Assembly (NCBI GenBank): GCA_965277805.1
Contig: OZ255842.1
Span: 3,328,001 to 3,392,000, forward strand
From: Candidatus Lustribacter sp.
Lineage (GTDB): Bacteria > Vulcanimicrobiota > Vulcanimicrobiia > Vulcanimicrobiales > Vulcanimicrobiaceae
Length of the DNA: 64,000 nt
Direction of reading: 5' to 3'
Position numbers and translations under genes: made by a program. The notes beneath the pieces were generated by a model. That model made no database searches. It was given only the letters and a program-made list of their open reading frames with translations, and had not been told where the DNA came from. Positions 19,881-30,192 of this stretch are shown here, in pieces (the first letter of the stretch is position 1; each line of letters starts with the position of its first letter).

Positions 19881-21556
19881 CCACTGCGGCGGCGGTCCGG
19901 TTCCGTGGTCTTTCGCGCGACGCCGTCTTAACCAACACCTTCAGGGTGCTCGCACTGGCCGTCATCGTGGCCGGAATCCTGTTGCGTTTTTCGGGCTTGG
20001 AGCGAAAGCTTTACAGTTACGATGAAGCGACGACGTCGCTGCGCGCCGCGGGCTACACGCTCGAAGACTACTACGGCGGCGCCTTCGACGGCCGCGTCGT
20101 GCCGAATTCATCGTTCCTCGCCTATCAGCACGTCACCGGGGCGAAAGACGCTGCCGCTGCCGTCCGTTCGCTGGCAGTCGAAGATCCGCAGCATCCGCCG
20201 CTGTACTATCTCCTCGAGCGTGCTTGGTCGAACGCATTCGGCGATACGGTCGCGCAACGCCGGGCCGTGTCGGCGGTCGCGGGAACGCTGTTGCTCGGTG
20301 CCGTCTTTTGGCTCTGCGTCGAAATTTTCGGATCGGTCGATGCAGGTCTGATCGGCGCAGCGCTGATGGCCGTTTCACCGTTCTTCGTCATCTATTCGCA
20401 GCAAGCGCGGGAGTACGCGCTCTGGGGGCTTTGCATCGCGGTCGCCAGCGCCGTTCTCGTGCGGGCGATGCGCGGCGAAACACTGAGCTGGCTCTGGTAC
20501 GCTGCGGCTGCGGCACTCGGACTGTATACCGATCTGATTTTCGCCTACGTTCTGGCCGGGCACGCGCTCTACGTGGCCGCCGTTGCCGTGCACGAGCGCA
20601 CGGTTCGCCCTGTCGTGCGTTTTGCGATTGCGGCGGCCGCCGCGCTCGCGGCATACGCGCCGTGGTTGCTGGCGGTCTATCGCGGGCGCAACCTGCTCAC
20701 GAACAACGACTATCTCGGCGCGGCGTTGCCGGCGAAGATCTTCGCGCTCAAGTGGATCTTCAATACCGGAGCGGTCTTCTTCGACCTCGACTACCAGCAC
20801 GTCGCCGCGGCGGTGCTGCTCGTGCCGATCTTCGCACTCGTGCTCGCCGCCTTCGTCGCCTTGGCGAAATACGCGCCGGCGCGCATTTGGGTGCCGGTAT
20901 ACGCACTCGGCGCGACGACCGCGCTGGCATTTCTGCTGCCCGATCTCGTGCGGCACGAAAGCCGGTCGACCGTCGCGCGCTACCTCCTGCCGGCGTGGCT
21001 TGCGATCGAATTGGCCGTCGCCTACCTCCTCGCCGGCGGCTTGCAGAACGCGCGGCCGTTTCCGCGGCGGCTGATGTCACTGCTCGCATTCTGCGCGCTC
21101 GCCGTGTGCGGCCTCGCCTCGGTGTCGGCCGACGCGCGCGGAGAGACGAGTTGGGCCGAGGGCAAGAGCATTGCCGGGCTCGGACCGATATCGCGCATCG
21201 TCAACGCTACCGCGCATCCGACGGTGGTCTACATTGCCGATCCCGCGCGATTCGATTTCGCGTCGCTCGCGCTGAGCAACGAACTGCGGCCCGACGCCGG
21301 CGTGCAGCAATTCGTCTTCGGCCGCAGCGGGGCGCGCGTCGCCGGCACGCCGGGTACGTTCGTACTCGACCCGACAGCGCGCGTACGCGAATCGCTCGCG
21401 CAATCCGGCCTCGTTTTACGGCAGGTCTATGCCGACGGCGACACCGGTCCCGCGGCTATTCGCGACCTGCGAGCGCAGACCGCGGTTCTGCGGCGCGATC
21501 AGGGTGAAGACGTCAGTGGCTTATCGCTCTGGAGCGCGGCGCGGAGGGCGCCATGA
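19877..21556 (+). CDS. GT-C glycosyltransferase (ArnT/PMT, GT39/83-like)
   Basis: YSYDE, QHPPLYY, YSQQAREYALW; multi-TM. Confidence 0.85.
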   Translation: MTTAAAVRFRGLSRDAVLTNTFRVLALAVIVAGILLRFSGLERKLYSYDEATTSLRAAGYTLEDYYGGAFDGRVVPNSSFLAYQHVTGAKDAAAAVRSLAVEDPQHPPLYYLLERAWSNAFGDTVAQRRAVSAVAGTLLLGAVFWLCVEIFGSVDAGLIGAALMAVSPFFVIYSQQAREYALWGLCIAVASAVLVRAMRGETLSWLWYAAAAALGLYTDLIFAYVLAGHALYVAAVAVHERTVRPVVRFAIAAAAALAAYAPWLLAVYRGRNLLTNNDYLGAALPAKIFALKWIFNTGAVFFDLDYQHVAAAVLLVPIFALVLAAFVALAKYAPARIWVPVYALGATTALAFLLPDLVRHESRSTVARYLLPAWLAIELAVAYLLAGGLQNARPFPRRLMSLLAFCALAVCGLASVSADARGETSWAEGKSIAGLGPISRIVNATAHPTVVYIADPARFDFASLALSNELRPDAGVQQFVFGRSGARVAGTPGTFVLDPTARVRESLAQSGLVLRQVYADGDTGPAAIRDLRAQTAVLRRDQGEDVSGLSLWSAARRAP

Positions 21557-22383
21557 TCGCCGCACACTCGTTCCTGCCGCTGGTGTCGATCGTCGTTCCG
21601 ACGAAAGACCGGCCCGAAGAGATCGCGCGCATGCTCCGTTCGGTGCGTGCACAGCCGACCCGGCCCCTCGAAGTCATCGTGGTGGACCAATCGGCTCGCG
21701 CCTACGAACTCGAGCCGTTTCCGGAGCTTTTGCACGTGCACGACCCGCGAATCGGCGGCGCCTCGGCGGCACGCAATTACGGCATCGGGATCGCCGCCGG
21801 AGAAGTCATCCTATTTCTCGACGACGACGTCGTGCTCGAATCGGACTGCGTTGGCGAAATCGCGCGCGCGTTCGCGTCACGCCCCGAACTCGTGGGCGCC
21901 CAGTGCGCGATTCACAATCCGTGGGACGACGCGCCGCCCTCGCTCTACGACGTTTCGACGCGCATCTTCGAACACGGCTTCTTCGATTCGCGGCCGAAGA
22001 AGCGTCGCGGCGAGGCGATTCCGCGCTTGATCGACGGTTTGGCCTCGGCCTACCGCTACGATCTGCTGCGTTACGAAAACTTCGATGAAAACTTGCCGGG
22101 ATATAGCCTGGCCGAAGATTGGGATCTCACCAAGCGCGCGGCCCGTCACGGCGCGCTCACGATCGTGCCCGAGGCGCGCGTGCGCCACCTGCACTCATCC
22201 ACCAATCGCCACGATGCGACGGCCTACATGGCGCTGCGCCGCACCAACATTCTCTATCTCTACGAAAAACTCGAGGCGGCGCGCGACCTGCGCAACCGGT
22301 TCTGGAAACAGTGGTGGATCTTCGGCGAAACCTTGCGCGGGCTCAGGCTCGGGCGGAAGCGACGGCAACGTCGTCTTCGCTGA
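21553..22383 (+). CDS. Glycosyltransferase family 2
   Basis: VVPTKDR, VVDQS, ARNYG, FLDDD, FDENL..Y..AEDWD. Confidence 0.9.
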   Translation: MIAAHSFLPLVSIVVPTKDRPEEIARMLRSVRAQPTRPLEVIVVDQSARAYELEPFPELLHVHDPRIGGASAARNYGIGIAAGEVILFLDDDVVLESDCVGEIARAFASRPELVGAQCAIHNPWDDAPPSLYDVSTRIFEHGFFDSRPKKRRGEAIPRLIDGLASAYRYDLLRYENFDENLPGYSLAEDWDLTKRAARHGALTIVPEARVRHLHSSTNRHDATAYMALRRTNILYLYEKLEAARDLRNRFWKQWWIFGETLRGLRLGRKRRQRRLR

Positions 22384-23599
22384 CGGTCTCCACCCGGCGC
22401 AACACCGGCTCGATCGCGATGCTCCGGTACGCCGCTAACAGCTCCGACCCGATCGAGCGCCAATCGTACTCGGTAACGCGCCGGTTGGCCGCTGACACGA
22501 GCGTATAGCGCGCGCCTTCCGACGACAACAGCCCCGCGAGCGCATCGGCAAAATTAAGCGGTTCGTCGCGGACCATCAACTCGACCCCCGGACTGCACTT
22601 GAGACCGAACGCGCCGGCGGTCGTCGTGAGCACCGGACGCCCCGCAGCCCACGCCTCGAGGATGCGCAGCCGCGTTCCGCTGCTCGCGACGATCGGCGCC
22701 GCAACGACGGTCGCCGCTGCCAGATGTTCGTCCATCGATGCCGGGTTTGCCACCGCCTCGACGTTCGGGTAGCGCTGCAGCTCCGCTTCGAGCGCCGGGC
22801 TCATGCGTCCGGCGACGCGCACGACGACGAACGGAATGATCGCGCGCAGGCGCGGCAAGCCGGTGCGCAAGAACCAGCGCAACCCGAGGACGTTCGGGCG
22901 CCAATCCATGCTGCCGGTGATCAGCACGGTGCACGGGTCGGGCTGAACCGAACGGAGCGGCGCGTAATGCGCGATGTCGACGCCGTTGGCTACGATTGCC
23001 GCTTTCGACCGCACGCCCGGTGCGAAACGCTCGAAGTCGGCCAGATCCCCTTCGGCACACGTCGCGACGAGTGCCGCGCGATCGATCAGCGCCCGTTCTT
23101 GGCTGCGCACCCGCATCGCATCGAACATCAGCGCAACGCGCGCCGCCGGCGATTCGGTGAGCGCGCGCCGGCTCAACAGCGCGGACTCGCAATTGTGAGC
23201 GTTGTAGACGATCGGGATCGCGTCCAGGCGCGGCAATGCGGCCCGCATCGGCAAGTCGGTTTGAATCGCAACATAGGGAAAGCGTCCGAGGCGATTGGCA
23301 ACGTACTCGCGCAGCGCCGGACTCGCCCAGCCGGCGGTGAGCGTCGATTCGCCTGGCAGCACCGCACGCGCGAGACGGCCGAAACCGCCGCGTGAATTCG
23401 TACCGCGCGGGAAGCTCGCGTAATCGTCGACGATGGCGGCGAAATCAGCCGGGATCGCGCCCGGCTCGTCGGCAACGACGAGATCGACCGCATAGCGCTT
23501 CGAGAGCGCATCGATCATCCAGTAGTTGCGCAGCAATGCACCGCCGTTACGCAACCATGGCGCTTGACCGCACAGGAATAAAACTCGGGGCTTAGCCAT
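22343..23599 (-). CDS. Glycosyltransferase family 4
   Basis: NAHNCE, VANGVD, GSMDWRPN, SGTRLRILEAWAAG. Confidence 0.9.
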   Translation of the reverse strand: MAKPRVLFLCGQAPWLRNGGALLRNYWMIDALSKRYAVDLVVADEPGAIPADFAAIVDDYASFPRGTNSRGGFGRLARAVLPGESTLTAGWASPALREYVANRLGRFPYVAIQTDLPMRAALPRLDAIPIVYNAHNCESALLSRRALTESPAARVALMFDAMRVRSQERALIDRAALVATCAEGDLADFERFAPGVRSKAAIVANGVDIAHYAPLRSVQPDPCTVLITGSMDWRPNVLGLRWFLRTGLPRLRAIIPFVVVRVAGRMSPALEAELQRYPNVEAVANPASMDEHLAAATVVAAPIVASSGTRLRILEAWAAGRPVLTTTAGAFGLKCSPGVELMVRDEPLNFADALAGLLSSEGARYTLVSAANRRVTEYDWRSIGSELLAAYRSIAIEPVLRRVETVSEDDVAVASARA

Positions 23600-24686
23600 A
23601 ACGTTCTCCGGGCGCATAGAGTGCGAGATACGATTGGTGCTGACGGCGAATGTGGAAGTCGCGCTCGAAACGCGCTCGAGCTGCGCAACCCAATCGCCGG
23701 CGAAGTTCCGGATCGTGCCGCAGCGTGAGGAGCGCATCGCGCAGCGCGGCCGGCTGCCGCGCCGGCACCAGCAGCGCGCTCTCTCCGTCCGTCACCGCGG
23801 CGCGAGTTGCGCCGACGTCGGTTGCCACGATCGCGCAGCCCGCGCGCATGGCCTCGAGTAATGCGAGGCTCAAGCCCTCCGCGTGGGAGGCCTGAACGTA
23901 GACGTCCAGGCCCGCGAGATAGCCTTCGGACTGCTCGATATAGCCGGCGTAGTGCACGTTGCTGCCGGCAGCCTGTACGCGCGAGGTCAGGGTCCCCGCT
24001 CCGGCCACCGCAAAGACGGTGTCCGGATCGGGAAAGTCCGCGGCAACTGCCAAGAAGTCGAGGATGCCCTTCTCCTCGTTGAGGCGGCCGAGCGTTCCGG
24101 CCACGAAACTGCCGATGCGAACGGCGGGCGCGCGCGTTGCCGCCGCATCGGAATCCGCGACCGCGTTGAGCACGTGCCGGCGCGTTCCGAGCGGTGTAAT
24201 CCGCGGCAGCATGCCGGCGTCGGGTACCGTCGTTACATCGCTGAACATCGCGGTCCAGCGGTCGACCGTATTGTAGAGCCGGAGCTTTGGTCCGGTGTCG
24301 ACCCAACCGTGACACGTGCTGACGATGCGGACGCCGCGGATGCGGCCGGCGAGCCGCGCCGCACGCGCGATGATGTTCGCGCGGTAACCGTGCGAGTGAA
24401 CGACGTCGACGGGCCGGCGCGCGAAGTGTTGACCGAGCTTCGTGATCGCGCTGTCGAAACCGTGCGAGTAGTGATTGCTCAAGCTCGCGACCGGAAATCC
24501 CTCAGCGGCAAGCACCAGTCCGAGCTCGCTCGGAGAGAAGGTGACCAGCGACGGTTCGACGTTTCCGCTTGCACGCTGTTCGCGCATGAGCAACGCGACG
24601 ACACGTTCTTTGCCCCACAAATAACGATTGCCGCCGTTCATTGCATCGACGAGGTGGGCGACGCGAAGCGCCCTCGATTCCGCCAC
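23592..24686 (-). CDS. Glycosyltransferase family 4
   Basis: HSHGY, TCHGW, GRLNEEKG, EGLSLALLEAM, TDVG. Confidence 0.92.
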   Translation of the reverse strand: MAESRALRVAHLVDAMNGGNRYLWGKERVVALLMREQRASGNVEPSLVTFSPSELGLVLAAEGFPVASLSNHYSHGFDSAITKLGQHFARRPVDVVHSHGYRANIIARAARLAGRIRGVRIVSTCHGWVDTGPKLRLYNTVDRWTAMFSDVTTVPDAGMLPRITPLGTRRHVLNAVADSDAAATRAPAVRIGSFVAGTLGRLNEEKGILDFLAVAADFPDPDTVFAVAGAGTLTSRVQAAGSNVHYAGYIEQSEGYLAGLDVYVQASHAEGLSLALLEAMRAGCAIVATDVGATRAAVTDGESALLVPARQPAALRDALLTLRHDPELRRRLGCAARARFERDFHIRRQHQSYLALYAPGERYG

Positions 24687-24744
24687 TCGCTCAGACTAGC
24701 GTAGGCCCCGTCAACGGCCAACGGCCGGAAGATGCAAGAGTACG

Positions 24745-24758
24745 GGGTCTTTCGGCAC
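24745..24758. promoter_or_regulatory. Putative NarL/DosR-like operator GGGTC-TTTC-GGCAC
   Basis: Degenerate box in the divergent GT4/GT2 intergenic region. Confidence 0.35.
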
Positions 24759-24797
24759 TGGAGCGAATTGCTTGCTTCGTGGTCAGATAAGGGGCCG

Positions 24798-25877
24798 ATG
24801 CGCACACTCCCGCGCCGTCTCCCCGTTAGTCTCGTGGTCCCGGCCTACAACAGCGAACGTTTCATTCGTGCCGCACTAGAGAGTGCCGCCGGACGGCAGT
24901 CGCATACGCCTTCCGAGATCATCGTGGTCGACGATGGATCAACCGATCGCACCGGCGATGTCGCTGCGGAATTCGGCGCACGCGTGATCCGTCTGCCCGC
25001 GAATTTCGGGCCCGCGGCAGCGCGCAACGCCGGCGCGATCGCCGCGCGCCAGCCGTGGCTCGCGTTTCTCGACGCCGATGACGTATGGCTCAACGGCAAA
25101 CTTGCGGCGCAGTGGGAAGCGATCGAGCGCTGGCCCGAAGCCGGTTTCTGTTTCACCGACTACGACGTGGTGAGCGCCGAAGGCGCGATATCGGCACACG
25201 AGATGACCAGCGACGGCGGTTACGCGTACGGCCAGGCAAGTGCGCGTTACGGGTGCGCGGTCCGCTTCGATTGCGGGGCCTTAGCCGAACCGCTGGCGCG
25301 CTCGATGTTCGTCCGTCAATCGTCGGTGCTCGTGCGGCGATCGCTCTTCATCACCAGCGGCGGCTACGACGAGCGCATGCGCCTTTCCGAGGACTACGAG
25401 TTCTTCTTGCGCCTGACCGGTCATGCGCCGGCCGTCTCGATCGAGCGCCCGCTCGTCATCTATCACCGGCGCGATAGCTCGCTATCGGTCGATCCGCTGG
25501 CCGAAGTCGCATCGATCGATCGCATGTGGGGATCGATCCTCGACCGCCCGGCCCGCTACCCGGCCGGGATCGCCCGCTTGATCGAAGCGCGGCGGCCGGC
25601 CATGCTGCAAAAAGGGTGCCGCATCGCGTTGCGTCTGGGCCGCTTTGACGCCGCGATCGGGTTCGCGCGAGCGGCGGCGGCCGTGCGGATTTCGCCGGCT
25701 GCCGTGCTTTTGCTCGCCCTCGCGCACGCGCTGAACAATGCGAGCGGACGGAGTTGCTTCCGCACCCTCAGGTCGCTCTGGCGCGCTCGTCCGGCGCGGC
25801 CGTCGTGCCTAGGACGGCTGCGGCACGTGGCGTCGCAGGCGGTGATAAAACAGCCGCACGTCGTCGGCCGTCACTAG
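24798..25877 (+). CDS. Glycosyltransferase family 2
   Basis: VVPAYN, VVDDGSTD, ARNAG, FLDADDVW, SEDYEF. Confidence 0.9.
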   Translation: MRTLPRRLPVSLVVPAYNSERFIRAALESAAGRQSHTPSEIIVVDDGSTDRTGDVAAEFGARVIRLPANFGPAAARNAGAIAARQPWLAFLDADDVWLNGKLAAQWEAIERWPEAGFCFTDYDVVSAEGAISAHEMTSDGGYAYGQASARYGCAVRFDCGALAEPLARSMFVRQSSVLVRRSLFITSGGYDERMRLSEDYEFFLRLTGHAPAVSIERPLVIYHRRDSSLSVDPLAEVASIDRMWGSILDRPARYPAGIARLIEARRPAMLQKGCRIALRLGRFDAAIGFARAAAAVRISPAAVLLLALAHALNNASGRSCFRTLRSLWRARPARPSCLGRLRHVASQAVIKQPHVVGRH

Positions 25878-27167
25878 CCACTGTTCGCGTAATCCGATTC
25901 CGGTCTTGCGCCGGAAGTACAGCGACTTGAACGCGACCACACCGACGTAGGTGACGGTCGTCGCCGCCGCGGCACCGTTCATCCCGAACCTCGGAAGCAA
26001 GAATAGCGTCAGCACCGCGCACAGCACCGCCGACGTTCCTTGAATCGCGAATATCAACAATGGCCGCCGTACTTGGACCAGGATGAAGTACCCGAGAAAC
26101 GTCTCGACGGCGTAGACCACGAGTCCCGGCAGGAGGATCCGCAAAACCGTTCCAGCACCGGCGAATGCGGCGCCGTACACGTGCACGATCAGCCACGGCC
26201 CGGCGACGAAGAGTACGACGCCGAGCCCTACCTGCAGCGCCACCATGCTGCGCATCAAGGCGGCAGTGAGCTTGGCCGCTTCAGCAAACGCATCGCCGGC
26301 AATATTTTCGAGCGCGGCCCAAATCACCGGCAAGCTGAGGCTCCACAGCAGCTCGCCGGTCGAAACGGCCAGGGTGTAGATGCCGAGCAACCGCGGTCCC
26401 AGCAGCGCGCTGATCAAGAACACATCGATGCGAAGATTGATGTAGCCGGCAACCGTTGCCAAGCTCGACCGGCTCCCGAAGTTCAGCTGCTCGCGAATCA
26501 GGAAGGCTAGCGAGTGTTCGTTCCGGCTCGGACCGGAGCGCGCGATGCGGCGCCGTAACACGAGCGCCGTGTAACCTGCAGCAGCGGCTTGCGCTACGAT
26601 CCAGAGCGCCAAGGCCTGATAGCTCGAGACGTGCCAGATCACCAGCGCGGCGATGACAACAGCGCTGAAAGCGACCGAGGTGATCGCCCCCTGCCAGGCA
26701 ACCGCCGCGGTCGCGCCCATGGCGAGCAGCAATCCGCGGCCACCCTGCGCGTAAAGCGCAAACGGAATTGCCAGCGCCGCGCCTAGCAACGGGCGCTGCG
26801 AGGGCGCGATGAGCCCAATTGCGAGCGCGACGAGCGCGCACGGGATTGCCGCCGCCGCGACGACGCCGATCGTCGCCGCGTAGATGCGCGCAATCGAGTC
26901 GGTTTTGCGGCCGGCTTGCATGAGGACCGCGCCGGTGATGCCGTCGGTACCGATCAGCACCATCGAAAGCGCGATGACGGCATACGCGAGCACGGCTTTG
27001 CCGTCGGGGCCGAGCGTGCGCGCCTGGGCTATGCCGGCGGCAATGCCCGCCAGTTGCCCGAGCACGCCGACCGAGAACAACCCGGCGATGCGCCGCAGCA
27101 GCGACCGCGACCGGGCGAGCCCGGCCGGCGCGGCCTGCGGCTCAGCGCTGGGGAGCGGGTCGCGCAA
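25809..27167 (-). CDS. Wzx-like oligosaccharide flippase 2
   Basis: ARTLGPDGK, NLRIDVFLIS...LGIYTLAVSTGELLW; paralog of 8875..10191. Confidence 0.88.
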   Translation of the reverse strand: MRDPLPSAEPQAAPAGLARSRSLLRRIAGLFSVGVLGQLAGIAAGIAQARTLGPDGKAVLAYAVIALSMVLIGTDGITGAVLMQAGRKTDSIARIYAATIGVVAAAAIPCALVALAIGLIAPSQRPLLGAALAIPFALYAQGGRGLLLAMGATAAVAWQGAITSVAFSAVVIAALVIWHVSSYQALALWIVAQAAAAGYTALVLRRRIARSGPSRNEHSLAFLIREQLNFGSRSSLATVAGYINLRIDVFLISALLGPRLLGIYTLAVSTGELLWSLSLPVIWAALENIAGDAFAEAAKLTAALMRSMVALQVGLGVVLFVAGPWLIVHVYGAAFAGAGTVLRILLPGLVVYAVETFLGYFILVQVRRPLLIFAIQGTSAVLCAVLTLFLLPRFGMNGAAAATTVTYVGVVAFKSLYFRRKTGIGLREQWLVTADDVRLFYHRLRRHVPQPS

Positions 27168-28065
27168 TGTGTCTGAACAGACGCAGCGTGTCCTCGACCA
27201 TGCCGCGCTTGTTGTGCCAGAGCCAGTGGCGCATCGCTATGTAGCACGCGATACGTTCGCGCTGGTCGAGCGAAGCGCGAGCGATCCCCGCGCAGAGCTC
27301 CCAGAACCAGCGAAAGTGCGGCGTCTGATTGATCAACTTTCCGCGGCTGTTCAGATCGAACCACGCGGCCCGGTCGTCGAGGGTCGGATTCGACAAGACG
27401 GAGCCGCCGGCGTGGTAACGCTCGAAGAACAGATACTCCGGGATCTCGACGATGCGTCCGCGCAATGCGATCTCTCCAAGCAAGATCATGTCGGCCGCGA
27501 TGTAGGCCCCGAGCAAATTCGTCTCGCGCAGCGCCGACGTACGGAACAGGCCGAACACCGGGTCGCACATCGACCCCTCGTCGCAGCGGTACGCATACTT
27601 CGCGAACCGCTGGCTCGGGCGCGGCTCGCCCAGTTCCAAGCTGTGTTCCCGGGTGTCGATTTGCCGGCCGTCGGCATCGATCATGATCATCCGCGGGTAA
27701 GCGAGCACCACGTCCGGCGCCGCATCGAGTACCTCGACGCACCGCTGGATATTCGTCGGCGCGAGCACGTCGTCGTGGGCCGCGTGCCGGAAATAGCGCC
27801 CGCGCGCGAGGTGAATAACGCGGTTGTAGTTTGCAGCGGCACCGAGATTCTGCTCGTTGCGAAAGTATTTGATGCGCGGATCGCTTTCCGCGTAGCGGCG
27901 GCAGATCGCTTCCGTCGCATCGGTCGATGCGTTGTCGGAGATGAGCAACTCGAAATCGCGGTACGTTTGATCCAAGATCGAACGCAGCGCCTCTTCGAGA
28001 TAGCGCGCTCCATTGTACACCGGCATCCCGATCGTGACGGCCGGATTGCGTACTTCGTCCGTCAT
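27142..28065 (-). CDS. Glycosyltransferase family 2
   Basis: GMPVYNG, ISDNASTD, NLGAAANYN, AAHDD. Confidence 0.92.
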   Translation of the reverse strand: MTDEVRNPAVTIGMPVYNGARYLEEALRSILDQTYRDFELLISDNASTDATEAICRRYAESDPRIKYFRNEQNLGAAANYNRVIHLARGRYFRHAAHDDVLAPTNIQRCVEVLDAAPDVVLAYPRMIMIDADGRQIDTREHSLELGEPRPSQRFAKYAYRCDEGSMCDPVFGLFRTSALRETNLLGAYIAADMILLGEIALRGRIVEIPEYLFFERYHAGGSVLSNPTLDDRAAWFDLNSRGKLINQTPHFRWFWELCAGIARASLDQRERIACYIAMRHWLWHNKRGMVEDTLRLFRHIARPAPQR

Positions 28066-28066
28066 C

Positions 28067-28984
28067 TTACGCCGGCTGGAAAATCAGGCCGTTGCGATCG
28101 GCCCGCGTTTGGCCATCGAAACGTGCGGCGATTTCATCCGGAACGCGCGCGCCGTCGCACAGGCGTTTGAAATCGCGCAGCGACGTGCCGGCGGGAGCCG
28201 AGTCGACGTTGGGTGCCCCGCGCCCGGCGATGACGTCTTCGATGTCGATCGTCCGGAAGTCGAAACTGTAGCGGGTGCGGCCGCTCGTGTTTGCGACCGT
28301 CGAGTGCATCTGCGCGCCCGAAAACGCAATCGCGCCCCCGGGCGGGAACACCAAGCGCACCTCGGGTTGCAATTCGAGTTCCTCCAGCGCGTGCGGCTGC
28401 CAGCGGGTGTCGCTCTTGACGTGCTGCGCGGCATTTTTCCGCTGATTGGTATTCCAATCATAGTAGTCGAAGAGGCGCGAGTCGTTGACGACGCCCCGCT
28501 CCCAATAACGCGGATGAAATGCCATCCCGCTCTCCGATGAGAATTCGTAGATCGGCATCCACCAGTTCACTTGCTGGAACGGCGACGACCACCACGTGTC
28601 GCGATGCGGATGGTGCGCGTAGGCGACGCCGGAGGTCAAATAGCCGTGCGAGGTCGAGATGCGCAGACGCGGGACGTCTAAATAGGTCGTCTCGGGATCG
28701 CAGCCGGACGCGGCAAGGCGGGCGGCAATCTCAGCCCACGACACGGGGTGATGGATGAACTCCGGCTTCACGCGGCCCAGGATGGCGGCGAACTCTTCGA
28801 CCGGCATGTGATGCTGCGCGAGGCACGGATCCACGTCCGGAAAGGCTTCCTCGAGCATGAGCCGGGCGTGCTTGACGATTTGGAGATCCGCATCGAAACG
28901 CGTGAGCAAGAACACGCGTCCCTCATAGATGCGGCGCCGGCGCTCGGCCTCGTCGAAGGAAGGATCGATCTCGATCGTGTTCAC
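28067..28984 (-). CDS. Putative Fe(II)/2-oxoglutarate dioxygenase-fold protein (PhyH-like)
   Basis: HxD (HRDTW), VNWWMPI, distal H (QMHST), RYSFDFR. Confidence 0.6.
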   Translation of the reverse strand: MNTIEIDPSFDEAERRRRIYEGRVFLLTRFDADLQIVKHARLMLEEAFPDVDPCLAQHHMPVEEFAAILGRVKPEFIHHPVSWAEIAARLAASGCDPETTYLDVPRLRISTSHGYLTSGVAYAHHPHRDTWWSSPFQQVNWWMPIYEFSSESGMAFHPRYWERGVVNDSRLFDYYDWNTNQRKNAAQHVKSDTRWQPHALEELELQPEVRLVFPPGGAIAFSGAQMHSTVANTSGRTRYSFDFRTIDIEDVIAGRGAPNVDSAPAGTSLRDFKRLCDGARVPDEIAARFDGQTRADRNGLIFQPA

Positions 28985-30192
28985 GCAATTGCTCCTAAGG
29001 GCGCATCGGCCGTGATGACCCGCGAATAGATCTCGAGCGACTCGAGCTTCTCGGCCACCTCGTTGCGGTAGATCGAGTTCATGACGATCACCTCATCGGG
29101 CGGCTCGTTGCGCAGCCGCTCGGGGGCCACGATTTCCTTACCGCTTCCGATGAGGAACTTACCGTGCCGGTAGGGGTTCACGTCGGTCACGTAGGCGATC
29201 TCGTCGTCGATTTTCAGCGTCGTCATGAACGCCACGCACTTGGAGCCGGAACCCCAGATGGCGATGCGCTTCCCGAGCCGGCCGGCGCGCTCGAAGTACT
29301 CGCTCCACGCCGCCACCGTTTCGCCCACGTTCCGCTCGAAGGTTTCGATGTCGCTTAGGATGTCGGCCGGCTGATCCAGCGTTAGGGAGTAACGCGGGCC
29401 GGGCCGTTCGGCCGTTTTTGCTTCCAGCATCAGGTACTGATCGTCGTATCCGACGCGAACGTCCGTGACGTCGAAGCGTTGCGCTTCGAATGCGCGGGCC
29501 AGCGAACCCGGCGTGAAGTAGCCGCAATGTTCGAAGTAGATGTCCCAGTATGCGGTGTCGCGCAGGATCCGGCGCATCTCGGGCAGCTCGAAAAATATCG
29601 GCGTGGGCCGGTTACCGACCGCGTCTCGAATCGTCCGCAAAAAGCCCGCGACATCGGGAATGTGCTCGAGTGCATGGCGGCAAGCGATGAAGTCCGCCGG
29701 AATCGAGGCGTGCTGCGGGCCGTAGAATTCGTTCAAGAAGGTGACGTTTTCGGCAGCGACGCCGGTGAGGCGCTCGTGAACCGACGTCGAGTCGATGCCG
29801 ATGCCGCGCACGCGGCCGAGTTCGGCCATGCGCGCGAGGAACGTCCCTTTGCCGCAACCGATTTCGACGACGAGCTTCCCGAACAGATCGTGGTCGGCGA
29901 GCAGGCGTTCGATCAGCGCGTCTTCGAATTCCGAGAAGGTGGCGGAAAACGTTTGGGTTTCCTCGTACGCCGGATCGTAGCGCAGGCGCTTGAGATCGAA
30001 GGCCGTGTTGGTGATGTAGCCGCACACGTCGCAGACGGCGATCCGCAGGTCGCCGCGCGGGAACGCCCGTCCGGCTTCGCGTGATTCCGTCACGAGACAG
30101 CTGTTCACCGGGATGTTGTCCACGCTGTAAAAAAGCTGGAGCGCCTCGCTCGCACAGCTCGGGCAGAAACCGCTAACCGGTCGCATGTTCAA
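28981..30192 (-). CDS. NDP-sugar C-methyltransferase family (Zn-binding N-terminus, class I SAM)
   Basis: CPSC...CDVC, EIGCGKG, HALEHI, DIYFEH, WGSGSK, DVNPYRHG. Confidence 0.88.
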   Translation of the reverse strand: MNMRPVSGFCPSCASEALQLFYSVDNIPVNSCLVTESREAGRAFPRGDLRIAVCDVCGYITNTAFDLKRLRYDPAYEETQTFSATFSEFEDALIERLLADHDLFGKLVVEIGCGKGTFLARMAELGRVRGIGIDSTSVHERLTGVAAENVTFLNEFYGPQHASIPADFIACRHALEHIPDVAGFLRTIRDAVGNRPTPIFFELPEMRRILRDTAYWDIYFEHCGYFTPGSLARAFEAQRFDVTDVRVGYDDQYLMLEAKTAERPGPRYSLTLDQPADILSDIETFERNVGETVAAWSEYFERAGRLGKRIAIWGSGSKCVAFMTTLKIDDEIAYVTDVNPYRHGKFLIGSGKEIVAPERLRNEPPDEVIVMNSIYRNEVAEKLESLEIYSRVITADAPLGAIA

